24,000 nt of DNA, from the NCBI GenBank assembly GCA_963777075.1, contig CAVZPH010000004.1, forward strand, positions 79,670-103,669. Reading direction: 5' to 3'. The first letter of the stretch is position 1, and each line of letters starts with the position of its first letter. The stretch is from an uncultured Actinomycetota bacterium (lineage in GTDB: Bacteria > Actinomycetota > Actinomycetes > Actinomycetales > Cellulomonadaceae). The position numbers and the translations under genes are program-made. Positions 1 through 8,394 of the stretch are shown one piece after another. The notes under the pieces are model-generated. The model did not search any database, was not told where the DNA came from, and was given only the letters and a program-made list of their open reading frames with translations.

Positions 1-211
1 CGGCCTGGGCAGCGCCGAGCTCCTCGATGATGGCCCTGACCTGCTCCTCTGCCTCGTCGTGGAGCTTGCGGAAGCCTCCGTCCATCGCACGGTCAGCGGG
101 GATCTCATGGGTCGCCAGCCAACGTCCGTTGGCGTGGCGGTACAGGTCGTCCTGGGGGCGGACCGTGGGGTCGATGGCGTCGTGGTCGATTCCGCTGCGC
201 GTGCTCGTCAT
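1..211 (-). CDS. M13-family zinc metallopeptidase (PepO / endothelin-converting-enzyme-like), N-terminal ~70 aa only; gene runs off the left edge
   Basis: My reverse-complement translation from the ATG at 211-209 gives MTSTRSGIDHDAIDPTVRPQDDLYRHANGRWLATHEIPADRAMDGGFRKLHDEAEEQVRAIIEEL. The RPQDDLY-H-NG-WL N-terminal motif is typical of actinobacterial M13 peptidases. The ORF is missing from the track because there is no stop inside the window. Confidence 0.75.
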   Translation of the reverse strand, partial: MTSTRSGIDHDAIDPTVRPQDDLYRHANGRWLATHEIPADRAMDGGFRKLHDEAEEQVRAIIEELGAAQA

Positions 212-275
212 CGCCCCAGGTTAGGCGAGACGGACGGCGGCGCCGCACCGGCACCCGGTGCGGCAGGATGGACCC

Positions 276-725
276 ATGCGCATCCACATCGCCGCGGATC
301 ACGCGGGTTTCGAGCTCAAGGCCCACCTCGTCGCCCACCTGGGCGCTGCCGGCCACGACGTCGTCGACCACGGCGCCCACGAGTACGACTCCCAGGACGA
401 CTACCCCTCCTTCTGCTTCGCAGCAGGGCAGGCCGTCGTCGCCGAGCCGGGGAGCCTCGGGATCGTCATCGGCGGATCGGGGAACGGCGAGCAGATCGCC
501 GCGAACAAGGTCCCCGGCGTCCGCGCGGCGCTCGCCTGGAACCTCGACACCGCTCGCCTCGCCCGTCAGCACAATGACGCGAACGTCATCTCGGTCGGCG
601 GCCGGCAGCACACCGTCGAGGAGTCGACCTCCTTCATCGAGGCCTTCCTCGCCGAGCCCTTCAGCGGCGACCCGCGCCACCAGCGACGGATCAACCAGCT
701 CGCCGACTACGAGGCCTCGCGCTGA
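276..725 (+). CDS. rpiB: ribose-5-phosphate isomerase B
   Basis: ORF 258..725. MRIHIAADHAGFELK...GIVIGGSGNGEQIAANKVPGVRAA...ARQHNDANVISVGGR is a textbook RpiB/LacAB sequence. I prefer the ATG at 276 because AGGA lies 6 nt upstream. Confidence 0.9.
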   Translation: MRIHIAADHAGFELKAHLVAHLGAAGHDVVDHGAHEYDSQDDYPSFCFAAGQAVVAEPGSLGIVIGGSGNGEQIAANKVPGVRAALAWNLDTARLARQHNDANVISVGGRQHTVEESTSFIEAFLAEPFSGDPRHQRRINQLADYEASR

Positions 726-764
726 CCCTGCGCACCCGGCTCACGGCGGACCGCGCTGCCCCGC

Positions 765-2006
765 TCACCAGACCCAGCTGCTGAGCGGCGCCTGCGGCCA
801 GCCGAAGGCGACGGCCGCGCGGTGCAGCGCACCAGGGGTGTGCTCGGTCACGAGCCCGGCCGCGGCCAGCCCGGAGAGCGAGATCCCGCCGAGGTAGGCG
901 GAGCCGAGCTCGCGGACGTCCATCGACAGGTCCGCCGTGCGGCCCGTCGCCTCCACCCGCGCGGCGGAGGGTCCGGCGACGAGGTGCCAGCGCCCCTCGT
1001 TCGCCGGCAGGTCGCGGTCGCGCACCTCGAGGACGACGTCGAGGTCCGTCGCGTAGCGCCGCTCGGACAGCGCGGCGGGGACGTCGAGCACGCGCACCCA
1101 CAGGTTGTCGCCCCAGCGCGGCTCCGTCGCGCGCTGGTCGACGAGCAGCGCGAGCAGGGGGTCGTCGACGGCCATCCCCGAGATCTCCACGCTCGCCATG
1201 AGGTCGAGGTCGAGGAGCACCCCCCACAGACGCCGCGCGCTCGCGGCGTCGTCGACGCAGCTCTCGCGCACCTTGACCGTGCCACGGGGCCCGGCGGCCT
1301 CCCAGGCCGAGACGCGCCGGAAGAAGGCGTAGCCGGTGGGCACGCCGGCGCGCTCGACGATCGCGATGCGCAGGGCCTCGGCGCCGTTCCGCTCGCTCGC
1401 CGGGTCGTGGAAGTAGGAGACCTGCTGACGGTTGTCGCGCCGGGCCCAGCCGGGCCGGTCGACGGATCCGTGCAGGGAGGCCACGAGCGGCCCGTGCCGC
1501 TCCAGGTCAGCCAGCTCGAGGCGGACGCTCAGCTCGTCCGTCCCCGGGACCTCGCGCAGGGCGGCCCCGCGGGGGACCCGCAGGCGCAGGTCGTGGGCGG
1601 CCAGGCCGTAGCCGAACCGTCCGTAGATCGCCGGCTCGGCCGCGAACAGCGCCGAGACCGACTCGCCCCGGGCCGCGCTCGATCGGAACAGGTCGTCGAT
1701 CATCGCCCGAAGGATCCCCTTGCGCCGGTGTCCCGGGTGCACGCCGACCCAGGTGAGGCCGGCGACGGCCGTGCTTGCCCCGGGGACGGGGAAGTCGCCG
1801 TACGGGTAGGAGGAGTAGTTGGCGGCGAGGCTGCCGTCCTGCGCGCGCACCCCGCGCGTGCGCTCCCAGGCGATCGGCAGCGGCCACTCGACCGTCGTCG
1901 AGGGCTCGGTCGCCATGGGGAACGCCCAGGCGTCGAGGGTGAGCATCTCGAGGGCGTCGTCCGCGGAGAGGTCGACGAGCCGGTAGCCGGCGGGCAGTGA
2001 GGTCAT
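765..2006 (-). CDS. Eis-type GNAT N-acetyltransferase (GNAT plus SCP2-like C-terminal domain)
   Basis: This is the C-terminal 413 aa of track ORF 765..2990, starting MTSLPAGYRL. It aligns by eye along its full length with Eis-family proteins (VHPGHRRKGILRAM, IYGRFGYG, WVRVLDVPAAL, C-terminal aromatic tail). The upstream part of the 741-aa ORF is antisense to the phosphatase gene. Confidence 0.8.
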   Translation of the reverse strand: MTSLPAGYRLVDLSADDALEMLTLDAWAFPMATEPSTTVEWPLPIAWERTRGVRAQDGSLAANYSSYPYGDFPVPGASTAVAGLTWVGVHPGHRRKGILRAMIDDLFRSSAARGESVSALFAAEPAIYGRFGYGLAAHDLRLRVPRGAALREVPGTDELSVRLELADLERHGPLVASLHGSVDRPGWARRDNRQQVSYFHDPASERNGAEALRIAIVERAGVPTGYAFFRRVSAWEAAGPRGTVKVRESCVDDAASARRLWGVLLDLDLMASVEISGMAVDDPLLALLVDQRATEPRWGDNLWVRVLDVPAALSERRYATDLDVVLEVRDRDLPANEGRWHLVAGPSAARVEATGRTADLSMDVRELGSAYLGGISLSGLAAAGLVTEHTPGALHRAAVAFGWPQAPLSSWVW

Positions 2007-2123
2007 GAGGGGATCGTGCCCGGTCCCGCCCGGTCCCCGCCAGGGATGTGCCCGGCGGGGACGCCCTCGCGGACGGCGATCCCGCGAGAGGTCGGCCAGG
2101 TGCTTCGCGGGTAACCTCGACGC

Positions 2124-3287
2124 GTGAGTCCCGAGCAGGTCAGCGTGGTGCCCGTACCCCGGCGCACCCACCAGGCGCGCCCGGGCACGCCGCGGCGGAT
2201 GCGCCGCAGCATCCGGGGGTTGCTGGGGTTCAGCGGGGCCCGCAGCCTCCTGCTCAGGCCGCACCGCATGACCGGCCAGCTCGTCCCCGCCGCGGTCCTC
2301 GCGCTGTTCTCCGTCCTGGTCGCCCTCGGGATGGTCGGCGCCCCGTCCTGGGTGCCCCCCGCGACGATGCTGCTCGTCGTCCTGCTCGGTGTCTTCGTGC
2401 TGCGCCGTGCCGCCATGGTCGCGATCTCCCTGCTGCTGTTCGCCGAGGTGCTCGCCCTGCAGCTGCGCGCACTCGTCGACTTCACCCCGGGGGAGCTGAT
2501 CATCCAGGCGATCGGCGTGCTGGCCGGAGTCGGCTTCGTCCGCTCGCGCGACCGTCTCGGCCTCCAGGGTGCGCCCTCCCAGCTGATGCTCGTCGACCTG
2601 CGTGACCGGCTCGCCGCGCACGGCCGGATCCCCGCGCTCCCGTCGGGCTGGCAGGTCGACTCGGTGATCCACTCCGCCTACGGCGAGGCCTTCTCCGGGG
2701 ACTTCCTCGTCGCGCGGACCAGCGCGGACGGCCGGGTGCTCGAGGTGGTCCTGGTCGACGTGACCGGGAAGGGCCAGGAGGCGGGCGTGCGCTCGCTGCT
2801 GCTCTCCGGGGCCTTCGGCGGGCTGCTCGGCGCGATGCCGCCCGGCGAGTTCCTGCCCGCTGCCAACGGCTACCTGCTCGGCCAGGACTGGCCGGAGGGC
2901 TTCGCGACGGCCGTCCACCTGGCCGTCGACCTCGGCACGGGCGCCTTCCGGGTCTCGCACGCCGGTCACCCGCCCGCCATCCACCTGCACGCCGCCTCCG
3001 GCCTGGTCGAGACGCTCGACGGTGCGGGCGGCCCGGTGCTCGGCGTCGTCGCCGGCGGCCAGTTCCCCGTGCGGGAGGGCGTGCTCGAGACGGGGGACAC
3101 CGTGCTGCTCTACACGGACGGGTTGGTCGAGATCCCCGGGCGCGACCTCGACCTGGGGATCGACCGGCTCATGGGCGTGGCCGAACGCGTGGTCGCGACG
3201 AGGCGCGGGGGAGCAGAGGACGTCGTGGAGGGTGTCCGTGCCGGGGAGAACGACGACCGTGCCCTCGTCCTGGTCCGCCGCGACTGA
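2124..3287 (+). CDS. membrane-anchored PP2C/SpoIIE-family serine phosphatase
   Basis: ORF 2124..3287 with a GTG start. The N-terminal part has hydrophobic helices. The C-terminal part carries SpoIIE/PP2C motifs (SGDFLVA, VVLVDVTGKG, VSHAGHPP, LLYTDGLVE). The exact start is uncertain. Confidence 0.8.
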   Translation: MSPEQVSVVPVPRRTHQARPGTPRRMRRSIRGLLGFSGARSLLLRPHRMTGQLVPAAVLALFSVLVALGMVGAPSWVPPATMLLVVLLGVFVLRRAAMVAISLLLFAEVLALQLRALVDFTPGELIIQAIGVLAGVGFVRSRDRLGLQGAPSQLMLVDLRDRLAAHGRIPALPSGWQVDSVIHSAYGEAFSGDFLVARTSADGRVLEVVLVDVTGKGQEAGVRSLLLSGAFGGLLGAMPPGEFLPAANGYLLGQDWPEGFATAVHLAVDLGTGAFRVSHAGHPPAIHLHAASGLVETLDGAGGPVLGVVAGGQFPVREGVLETGDTVLLYTDGLVEIPGRDLDLGIDRLMGVAERVVATRRGGAEDVVEGVRAGENDDRALVLVRRD

Positions 3288-3648
3288 GCCGACCGCCGGA
3301 GGCAGGGCCCCGGCGGTCAGCGCGGAGGACTACCTCGAGGCCGTCCTCGACCTCGTCGAGCAGATCCCCGCCGGCCGCGCGACGACGTACGGGACGCTCG
3401 CCGAGGTGCTCCGCGAGCGGCTCGGGGTGGGTGGTCCGCGCCAGGTCGGGACGGTGCTCGCCCGGGCCGGCTCGGCGGTGCCGTGGTGGCGCGTGGTCAA
3501 CGCCTCGGGCCACCCTCCGGCCCACCACCGCACGAGGGCGATCGCGCTCCTGCGCGAGGAGGGCTGCCCGCTGAGCGACGACGGGCGCGCCGACGACGCC
3601 GACGCGCGCGTCGTCCTCCGCCTCGCGCTGTGGTGGCCGGAGGACTGA
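3259..3648 (+). CDS. alkyltransferase-like protein (MGMT DNA-binding domain with the active-site Cys replaced by Trp)
   Basis: Tail of ORF 3022..3648. IPAGRATTYGTLAE...VPWWRVVNASG matches the MGMT/Atl fold, with PWWRV in place of PCHR. The only in-frame start near the domain is the GTG at 3259, preceded by GGGGAGAA. This start overlaps the phosphatase gene by 29 nt. Confidence 0.7.
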   Translation: MPSSWSAATEPTAGGRAPAVSAEDYLEAVLDLVEQIPAGRATTYGTLAEVLRERLGVGGPRQVGTVLARAGSAVPWWRVVNASGHPPAHHRTRAIALLREEGCPLSDDGRADDADARVVLRLALWWPED

Positions 3649-3653
3649 CGTCC

Positions 3654-4310
3654 TCAGATCCAGATCGCGGGGTCGAACAGCAGCGAGGCGTCCTCGGTGT
3701 GGTCCGGCCAGGAGGTCGGTGCCGCAGCTTGCGCCGGGCCGTCATGACGCAGACCGTTGCTCGGTGCGGGGACGACGGCGAGCTCGCGGACGACGGCAGG
3801 CACCCCGACGGCGACCGCGCCGGCCGGGACGTCCTTGACGACGACGGCGTTCGCGCCGATCTGCGCCCCGTCGCCCACCCACACGGGCCCGAGCACCTTG
3901 GCACCCGAACCCACGACGACGCGGTCGCCGAGCGTGGGGTGCCGCTTGCCCGGGCGCATCGAGCGGCCGCCGAGCGTTGCGCCGTGGAACAGCACGACGT
4001 CGTCGCCCACGACGGCCGTCTCGCCGATCACCACACCCATCCCGTGGTCGATGAACAGCCGGCGTCCGAGCTGGGCACCGGGGTGGATCTCGATCCCGGT
4101 CGCCGAGCGCGTCGCCTGCGACAGGAGCCTGGCGAGGAGGCGCAGCCCCGGCTCGCGCCACATGCGGTGCGCGACGCGGTAGGCCCACACGGCATGCACC
4201 CCGGGGTAGGCGAGAGCGACCTCGAGGAGGCTGCGCGCGGCGGGGTCCCCGTCGCGCGCAGCCTGGAGGTCCTCACGCAGCACGGTGAGGAATCGCCAGG
4301 CTCGCTTCAC
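3654..4310 (-). CDS. cysE: serine O-acetyltransferase
   Basis: ORF 3654..4310. It has the hexapeptide-repeat core ([35 protein letters not shown]) and the CysE N-terminal helix domain. It begins 1 nt after the cysK stop. Confidence 0.9.
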   Translation of the reverse strand: MKRAWRFLTVLREDLQAARDGDPAARSLLEVALAYPGVHAVWAYRVAHRMWREPGLRLLARLLSQATRSATGIEIHPGAQLGRRLFIDHGMGVVIGETAVVGDDVVLFHGATLGGRSMRPGKRHPTLGDRVVVGSGAKVLGPVWVGDGAQIGANAVVVKDVPAGAVAVGVPAVVRELAVVPAPSNGLRHDGPAQAAAPTSWPDHTEDASLLFDPAIWI

Positions 4311-4311
4311 G

Positions 4312-5247
4312 TCAGTCCATCAGATCGGCGTAGAGGACGGAGGACAGGTAGCGCTCGCCGAAGGACGGCACGATGACGACGATGAGCTTCCCGGCGTTCT
4401 CCGGGCGGTGGGCGAGCTCGGTGGCCGCGTGGATCGCCGCACCGGAGGAGAACCCGACGAGCAGCCCCTCCTCGCGTGCGGTGCGCCGCGCCACCTCGGC
4501 AGCGGTCTCGGCGTTCACGTCGATGATCTCGTCGTACACCGTGGTGTCGAGGATCTCGGGCACGAAGTTCGCGCCGATGCCCTGGATCTTGTGCGGTCCG
4601 GGAGCCCCGCCGTTGAGGATCGGCGACTCGGCCGGCTCGACACCGACGACCTGCAGGCTCGGCTTCTTCTCCTTGAGCGCCTGGCCGGTGCCGGTGATCG
4701 TCCCACCGGTGCCGATGCCCGCGACGAGGATGTCGACCCGGCCGTCGGTGTCGGCCCAGATCTCCTCGGCCGTGGTGGCGCGGTGGATCGCGGGGTTGGC
4801 CTCGTTGGCGAACTGGCGGGCGAGCACGGCGCCAGGGCGCTCGGCCGCGATCTTCTCCGCGGCGTTGACGGCGCCCTTCATCCCCTCACCCGCCGGGGTC
4901 AGGACGAGCTCGGCGCCGAAGGCCCGCAGCAGGGCCCTGCGCTCCTTGGACATCGACTCCGGCATCGTCAGGACGACGTCGTAGCCTCGTGCTGCGCCGA
5001 CCATCGCCAGGGCGATCCCGGTGTTCCCGCTGGTCGCCTCGACGATCGTGCCACCGACGGGCAGCTGGCCCGACTTCTCCGCCGCGTCGATGATCGCGAC
5101 GCCGATCCGGTCCTTGACCGAGCTGGCCGGGTTGTAGAACTCGAGCTTGGCGACGACCTCAGCGCCACCCGTCCCGGTGACCCGGTTCAGGCGGACCAGC
5201 GGGGTGTTGCCGACCAGCGCGGTGACGTCGTCGTAGATGCGTGCCAT
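4312..5247 (-). CDS. cysK: cysteine synthase A (O-acetylserine sulfhydrylase)
   Basis: ORF 4312..5247. [30 protein letters not shown] and [10 protein letters not shown] are the PLP-dependent CysK signatures. Confidence 0.95.
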   Translation of the reverse strand: MARIYDDVTALVGNTPLVRLNRVTGTGGAEVVAKLEFYNPASSVKDRIGVAIIDAAEKSGQLPVGGTIVEATSGNTGIALAMVGAARGYDVVLTMPESMSKERRALLRAFGAELVLTPAGEGMKGAVNAAEKIAAERPGAVLARQFANEANPAIHRATTAEEIWADTDGRVDILVAGIGTGGTITGTGQALKEKKPSLQVVGVEPAESPILNGGAPGPHKIQGIGANFVPEILDTTVYDEIIDVNAETAAEVARRTAREEGLLVGFSSGAAIHAATELAHRPENAGKLIVVIVPSFGERYLSSVLYADLMD

Positions 5248-5452
5248 GGTGCGTGTCCTCGTCTGTGGGGGCCGGTGGTGTCACCGGTCAGGGGGCGCTG
5301 CGATCTCTGCAGCAGGGAACGACGGTGGCCCGCAGTCCATTCCGGCGCACGGCGACGGTGCGGGAGCGGATCAGTGGGCGCGAGGCGAGCGCTGGGCAGC
5401 TGCAGGTGCACGGCACGTGCAGGCACGACCGTCCGAGGTCGGGGCCAGCGCT

Positions 5453-5527
5453 CTACAGACAGCGACAGCAGGAGGGGACCGACAGCGCGCGCACGCTCAG
5501 CGAGCGGGACGACATGCCGTCAACCAT
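5453..5527 (-). promoter_or_regulatory. candidate leader peptide ORF (MVDGMSSRSLSVRALSVPSCCRCL) for cysK-cysE
   Basis: AGGAG-N6-ATG opens 24 codons. Three Cys codons fall in the last five sense codons, and there are six Ser codons. The stop is embedded in a stem arm. See the findings entry. Confidence 0.35.
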
Positions 5528-5764
5528 CTCTCGCTCCTGTCCGGTGGGTCCGTGCTGTGGCGACGACGGTAGCCGCTTGATCGGCCGGGAGCAATCCTGT
5601 GCCGTCGACGGGGACGTCGAGTCAGCGGGCGCGCCGCGGCGCGGCGGTATCGTCGGGGCGTCGAAAGGACTCCACGTGCGCTCCGGCACCCCACCCCGGC
5701 CCGGCCCCGCGACCGCCTGCGCGCCGTCCGGCCAGACCGCGGCCCGTGCCGCGGCGGCGGCGGG

Positions 5765-6238
5765 ATGACGACGCCCGCGCACCGCCGGCCGGGGCTCGTC
5801 GCGCTCGTCGCCCTCGGGGGAGCCGTCGGCGCGACCGCCAGGTACGCGCTCGGCCTGGCCGTGCACCCGGCCGGTGGCTGGCCGCTGGGCACGTTGCTGG
5901 CCAACCTCCTCGGCGCCTTCCTCCTGGGGATGCTGCTCGAGGCGCTCGTGCGTCGCGGGCCCGAGACCGAGGCAGGCCGCCGGCTGCGCCTGGCTCTCGG
6001 CACGGGGCTCCTCGGGGGGTTCACGACCTTCTCCTCCTTGGCGCTCGAGCTCGAGCGCCTCCTCGCGGCGGGCTCCGCAGGGGTCGCGCTCGGCTACGCG
6101 GCGGTGAGCCTGGTGCTCGGCTTCCTCGCCTGTCTCGGGGGGATCGCCCTCGCCGCCCGGCACCACGCCTCCGTCGGGCCCGCGGGCTCGGCGTCGGCGG
6201 CACCCGACACGGTCGCCACGGACGGGGAGGCGCGATGA
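5765..6238 (+). CDS. crcB: fluoride channel CrcB/FluC, subunit 1
   Basis: ORF 5765..6238. LGGAVGATARY...LGTLLANLLGAF...GLLGGFTTFSS are CrcB motifs. Confidence 0.85.
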   Translation: MTTPAHRRPGLVALVALGGAVGATARYALGLAVHPAGGWPLGTLLANLLGAFLLGMLLEALVRRGPETEAGRRLRLALGTGLLGGFTTFSSLALELERLLAAGSAGVALGYAAVSLVLGFLACLGGIALAARHHASVGPAGSASAAPDTVATDGEAR

Positions 6239-6609
6239 CCACGCTGCTCCTGGTGGCCGTGCTCGGCGGGCTCGGCGCGGCCACGCGCTTCGTCGTCGAC
6301 GGCGCGATCCGGACGCGGGCCGGCCGGACCTTCCCGCTGGCGACGGTGGTCGTCAACGTGAGCGGATCGGCCGTCATCGGCCTGCTGGCGGGAGCCGTGG
6401 CCTTCCACGGACTCGGCCCCGGCTGGGCCGTCCCGGCGATGAGCGGCTTCTGCGGCGGCTACACGACGTTCAGCACGGCGATGGTCGAGACCGTCAGGCT
6501 GGTCCAGTCCGGGCGGTTGCGGTACGCCGTGGCCAACGTGCTCGGCACGACGATCGCCTGCCTCGCGGCTGCCGCTCTCGGTGTCGCGGTGATGGCGCTC
6601 CTGCCCTGA
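6235..6609 (+). CDS. crcB: fluoride channel CrcB/FluC, subunit 2
   Basis: Internal ATG at 6235 within track ORF 5599..6609, overlapping the previous stop as ATGA. MTTLLLVAVLGGLGAATRF...VNVSGSAVIG...GFCGGYTTFST. Paired crcB genes are the usual heterodimer arrangement. Confidence 0.85.
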   Translation: MTTLLLVAVLGGLGAATRFVVDGAIRTRAGRTFPLATVVVNVSGSAVIGLLAGAVAFHGLGPGWAVPAMSGFCGGYTTFSTAMVETVRLVQSGRLRYAVANVLGTTIACLAAAALGVAVMALLP

Positions 6610-6619
6610 ACGGCTCCCG

Positions 6620-7732
6620 GTGGGGCAGGATCGTCGGGTGACCTCGCCCACCGAACCCCGCACCGACGCGTCCCCCGCCTCATCGAGCCAGGCCCTGGCC
6701 CCGCTGCCGCAGGGGTGGTCGAGCCGGGTCCCGACGGCCGACGACGTCGTCGCGCTGCACCGGCTGCTGTCCGCGCACGAGTCGGCGGCGCGCGGCTGGG
6801 CGTCCGCCTCGATCGACGACGTCGAGGTCGAGGTCGCCGGTCGGGGGGCAGGGGTCCGCAGGCATCTCCTGGTGCTCGACCAGGACGGCCGGCTGCGGGC
6901 ATGGGCCACCGTGCACGATCGCGCAGCCGGACGCGTGCTCGCTTCCGTCACCGTCGACCCGGCGCTCGAGGCCACCCTGGCGGATCCGGTCGCCGCCGGC
7001 CTGTTCGCGTGGGCGGCCGTCGAGTCCGCCTGGCTCGCCGCCGAGCGCGGGCTCGAGGCGACCCAGGTCGACAGCGGCGCCTTCGACGACGACCAGCGCC
7101 AGCAGCGCTGGCTCGAGCAGGCGGGCTTCGTCCGGACGAGGACCTGGTACCAGATGAGCCGCCCCGTCACCGCCGCCGACGGCGACCCGCTCGCACAGCC
7201 GGAGATGCACCCCGAGCTCGTGGTGCGTCGGGTCGGCAGCGGGGGAGACGGCATGCCGGACGAGGCCGACCTCGTCGCGGTGCACGAGGTCCTCGAAGAG
7301 GCGTTCACCGACCACTTCAACTACCACGCCGAGACCTTCGACGAGTTCCTCGGGCGCCTGCGCGAGGACCCCGGGCACCGTTGGGACCACTGGTGGCTGG
7401 CCGAGCTCGGCGACGGCCCGGACGGTGCGACCCGTCCGGGCGGGGCCCTGGTGAGCACTGTCTCGCCCGGTTCCGACGGTGCGCCCGACGGCAGCTATGT
7501 CGCCTACCTCGGCGTCCTCCGCTCGGCCCGGGGCAGGGGAGCAGCGCGTTCGTTGCTCCAGGCCGTGATCGTCGACGCCGCCGCGCGCGGCCGGGTCTCC
7601 GTCGGGCTCGAGGTCGACGCCGACTCACCGACGGGCGCCGTCGCCCTGTACGAGTCGACCGGGTTCGCGACGAGGTACGTCACGCAGTCCTGGCACCGCG
7701 ACGAGCCGGCGTCGATGCGTCCTGCGCCCTAG
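6620..7732 (+). CDS. GNAT-family N-acetyltransferase with tandem GNAT-like halves (MshD-like architecture)
   Basis: ORF 6620..7732 with a GTG start; 6638 is an alternative. The C-terminal half has the acetyl-CoA motif YLGVLRSARGRGAARSLL and ends LYESTGF. The substrate cannot be inferred. Confidence 0.75.
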   Translation: MGQDRRVTSPTEPRTDASPASSSQALAPLPQGWSSRVPTADDVVALHRLLSAHESAARGWASASIDDVEVEVAGRGAGVRRHLLVLDQDGRLRAWATVHDRAAGRVLASVTVDPALEATLADPVAAGLFAWAAVESAWLAAERGLEATQVDSGAFDDDQRQQRWLEQAGFVRTRTWYQMSRPVTAADGDPLAQPEMHPELVVRRVGSGGDGMPDEADLVAVHEVLEEAFTDHFNYHAETFDEFLGRLREDPGHRWDHWWLAELGDGPDGATRPGGALVSTVSPGSDGAPDGSYVAYLGVLRSARGRGAARSLLQAVIVDAAARGRVSVGLEVDADSPTGAVALYESTGFATRYVTQSWHRDEPASMRPAP

Positions 7733-7781
7733 GTGCCATCCGGGGTGCTCCTCGCGGCGGCCAGGTCACGGGACCCCGTCG

Positions 7782-8141
7782 TCAGGCCTTCTTCACGACG
7801 GAGGACTTGAGCTGCATCGCGCCGAAGCCGTCGATCTTGCAGTCGATGTCATGGCCGTCGACGCCGTCGACGAGGCGGATGTTGCGCACCTTCGTCCCGG
7901 CCTTGATCGGGGTGGGGTTGCCCTTGACCTTGAGCGAGGTGGCGACGATCACCGTGTCGCCGTCGGCGAGCGGGTTGCCGACGGCGTCGAGCACGACCCG
8001 GGCGCCCGGCACGGAGTCCTCCTGCGACGCGGGCTCACCGGCCGACCACTCGTGCGCGCACTCGGGGCACACGAGCAGCGCGCCCATCTCGTAGGTGTAC
8101 TCGCTCGAGCACAGGGGGCACGGGGGGAGGGTCGCGGTCAT
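7782..8141 (-). CDS. phnA: zinc-ribbon protein PhnA/YjdM
   Basis: ORF 7782..8141. [11 protein letters not shown]...CPECAHEW is the zinc ribbon, and the C-terminal ...[28 protein letters not shown] is typical of PhnA/YjdM. Confidence 0.9.
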   Translation of the reverse strand: MTATLPPCPLCSSEYTYEMGALLVCPECAHEWSAGEPASQEDSVPGARVVLDAVGNPLADGDTVIVATSLKVKGNPTPIKAGTKVRNIRLVDGVDGHDIDCKIDGFGAMQLKSSVVKKA

Positions 8142-8210
8142 GGGGAGTGATCCTACGGACCGCCTCCCGAGCCGGGCGCTGCCCGTCCGGGGACCTCGGT
8201 CCTGCGTTGG

Positions 8211-8236
8211 TGAACAGATGTGCTGGACAGATGTGC
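8211..8236 (+). repeat. tandem 13-bp repeat TG(A/G)ACAGATGTGC x2, overlapping the putative -35 of mtlA
   Basis: Read directly: tgaacagatgtgc at 8211-8223 and tggacagatgtgc at 8224-8236. Related copies are GCACACAGGTGTGC at 8275-8288 (palindromic) and CACAGATGCG at 8307-8316. Confidence 0.6.
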
Positions 8237-8253
8237 ATCCTGTGTTCTAGTCT
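8224..8253 (+). promoter_or_regulatory. putative sigma-70-type promoter of mtlA (TGGACA-N18-TAGTCT)
   Basis: Hexamers read in the sequence. This promoter would give a ~250-nt leader. There is no experimental support. Confidence 0.3.
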
Positions 8254-8344
8254 CCCTGTACCGGCTCGACCACGGCACACAGGTGTGCTCGACGGAAGGT
8301 TGTACGCACAGATGCGTCAGACGAGAACCCGACCCGACAGCACA

Positions 8345-8394
8345 GCACGCACCGGCAGGCGAACGGCTGGTGCGCGTGCCTGACCGGTGCGCGG
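8345..8394 (+). promoter_or_regulatory. long GC-rich hairpin in the mtlA 5' leader
   Basis: GCACGCACCGGCAGGC (8345-8360) pairs with GCCTGACCGGTGCGCG (8378-8393) as a 5+8 bp stem with one bulged A and a 17-nt loop. No U-tract follows. Confidence 0.35.

Noticed and set aside
105-680. Long antisense or shadow ORFs throughout the window, including 105..680-, 822..2000+, 4285..5580+, 6094..7320-, 6715..8094+, 8475..10064-, 11043..11924-, 13484..14791-, 14051..15268+, 15642..16448+, 19589..20452+ and 23158..23820-
   Set aside because: Each lies opposite or out of frame to a gene with clear family motifs. Their translations are low-complexity Arg/Pro/Gly/Ala strings with no recognisable domains, as expected from stop-codon depletion in GC-rich DNA.
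765-2990. 741-aa ORF on the minus strand
   Set aside because: Only the C-terminal 413 aa (from the ATG at 2006) resemble a real protein, the Eis-type GNAT. The N-terminal part is Arg/Gly/Asp/Pro-rich read-through antisense to the PP2C gene, which is a typical high-GC artefact.
5528-5764. Fluoride (crcB-motif) riboswitch upstream of crcB
   Set aside because: The conserved GAUG / CUGAUG pseudoknot elements were not found on the + strand. A covariance-model search would be needed to be certain.
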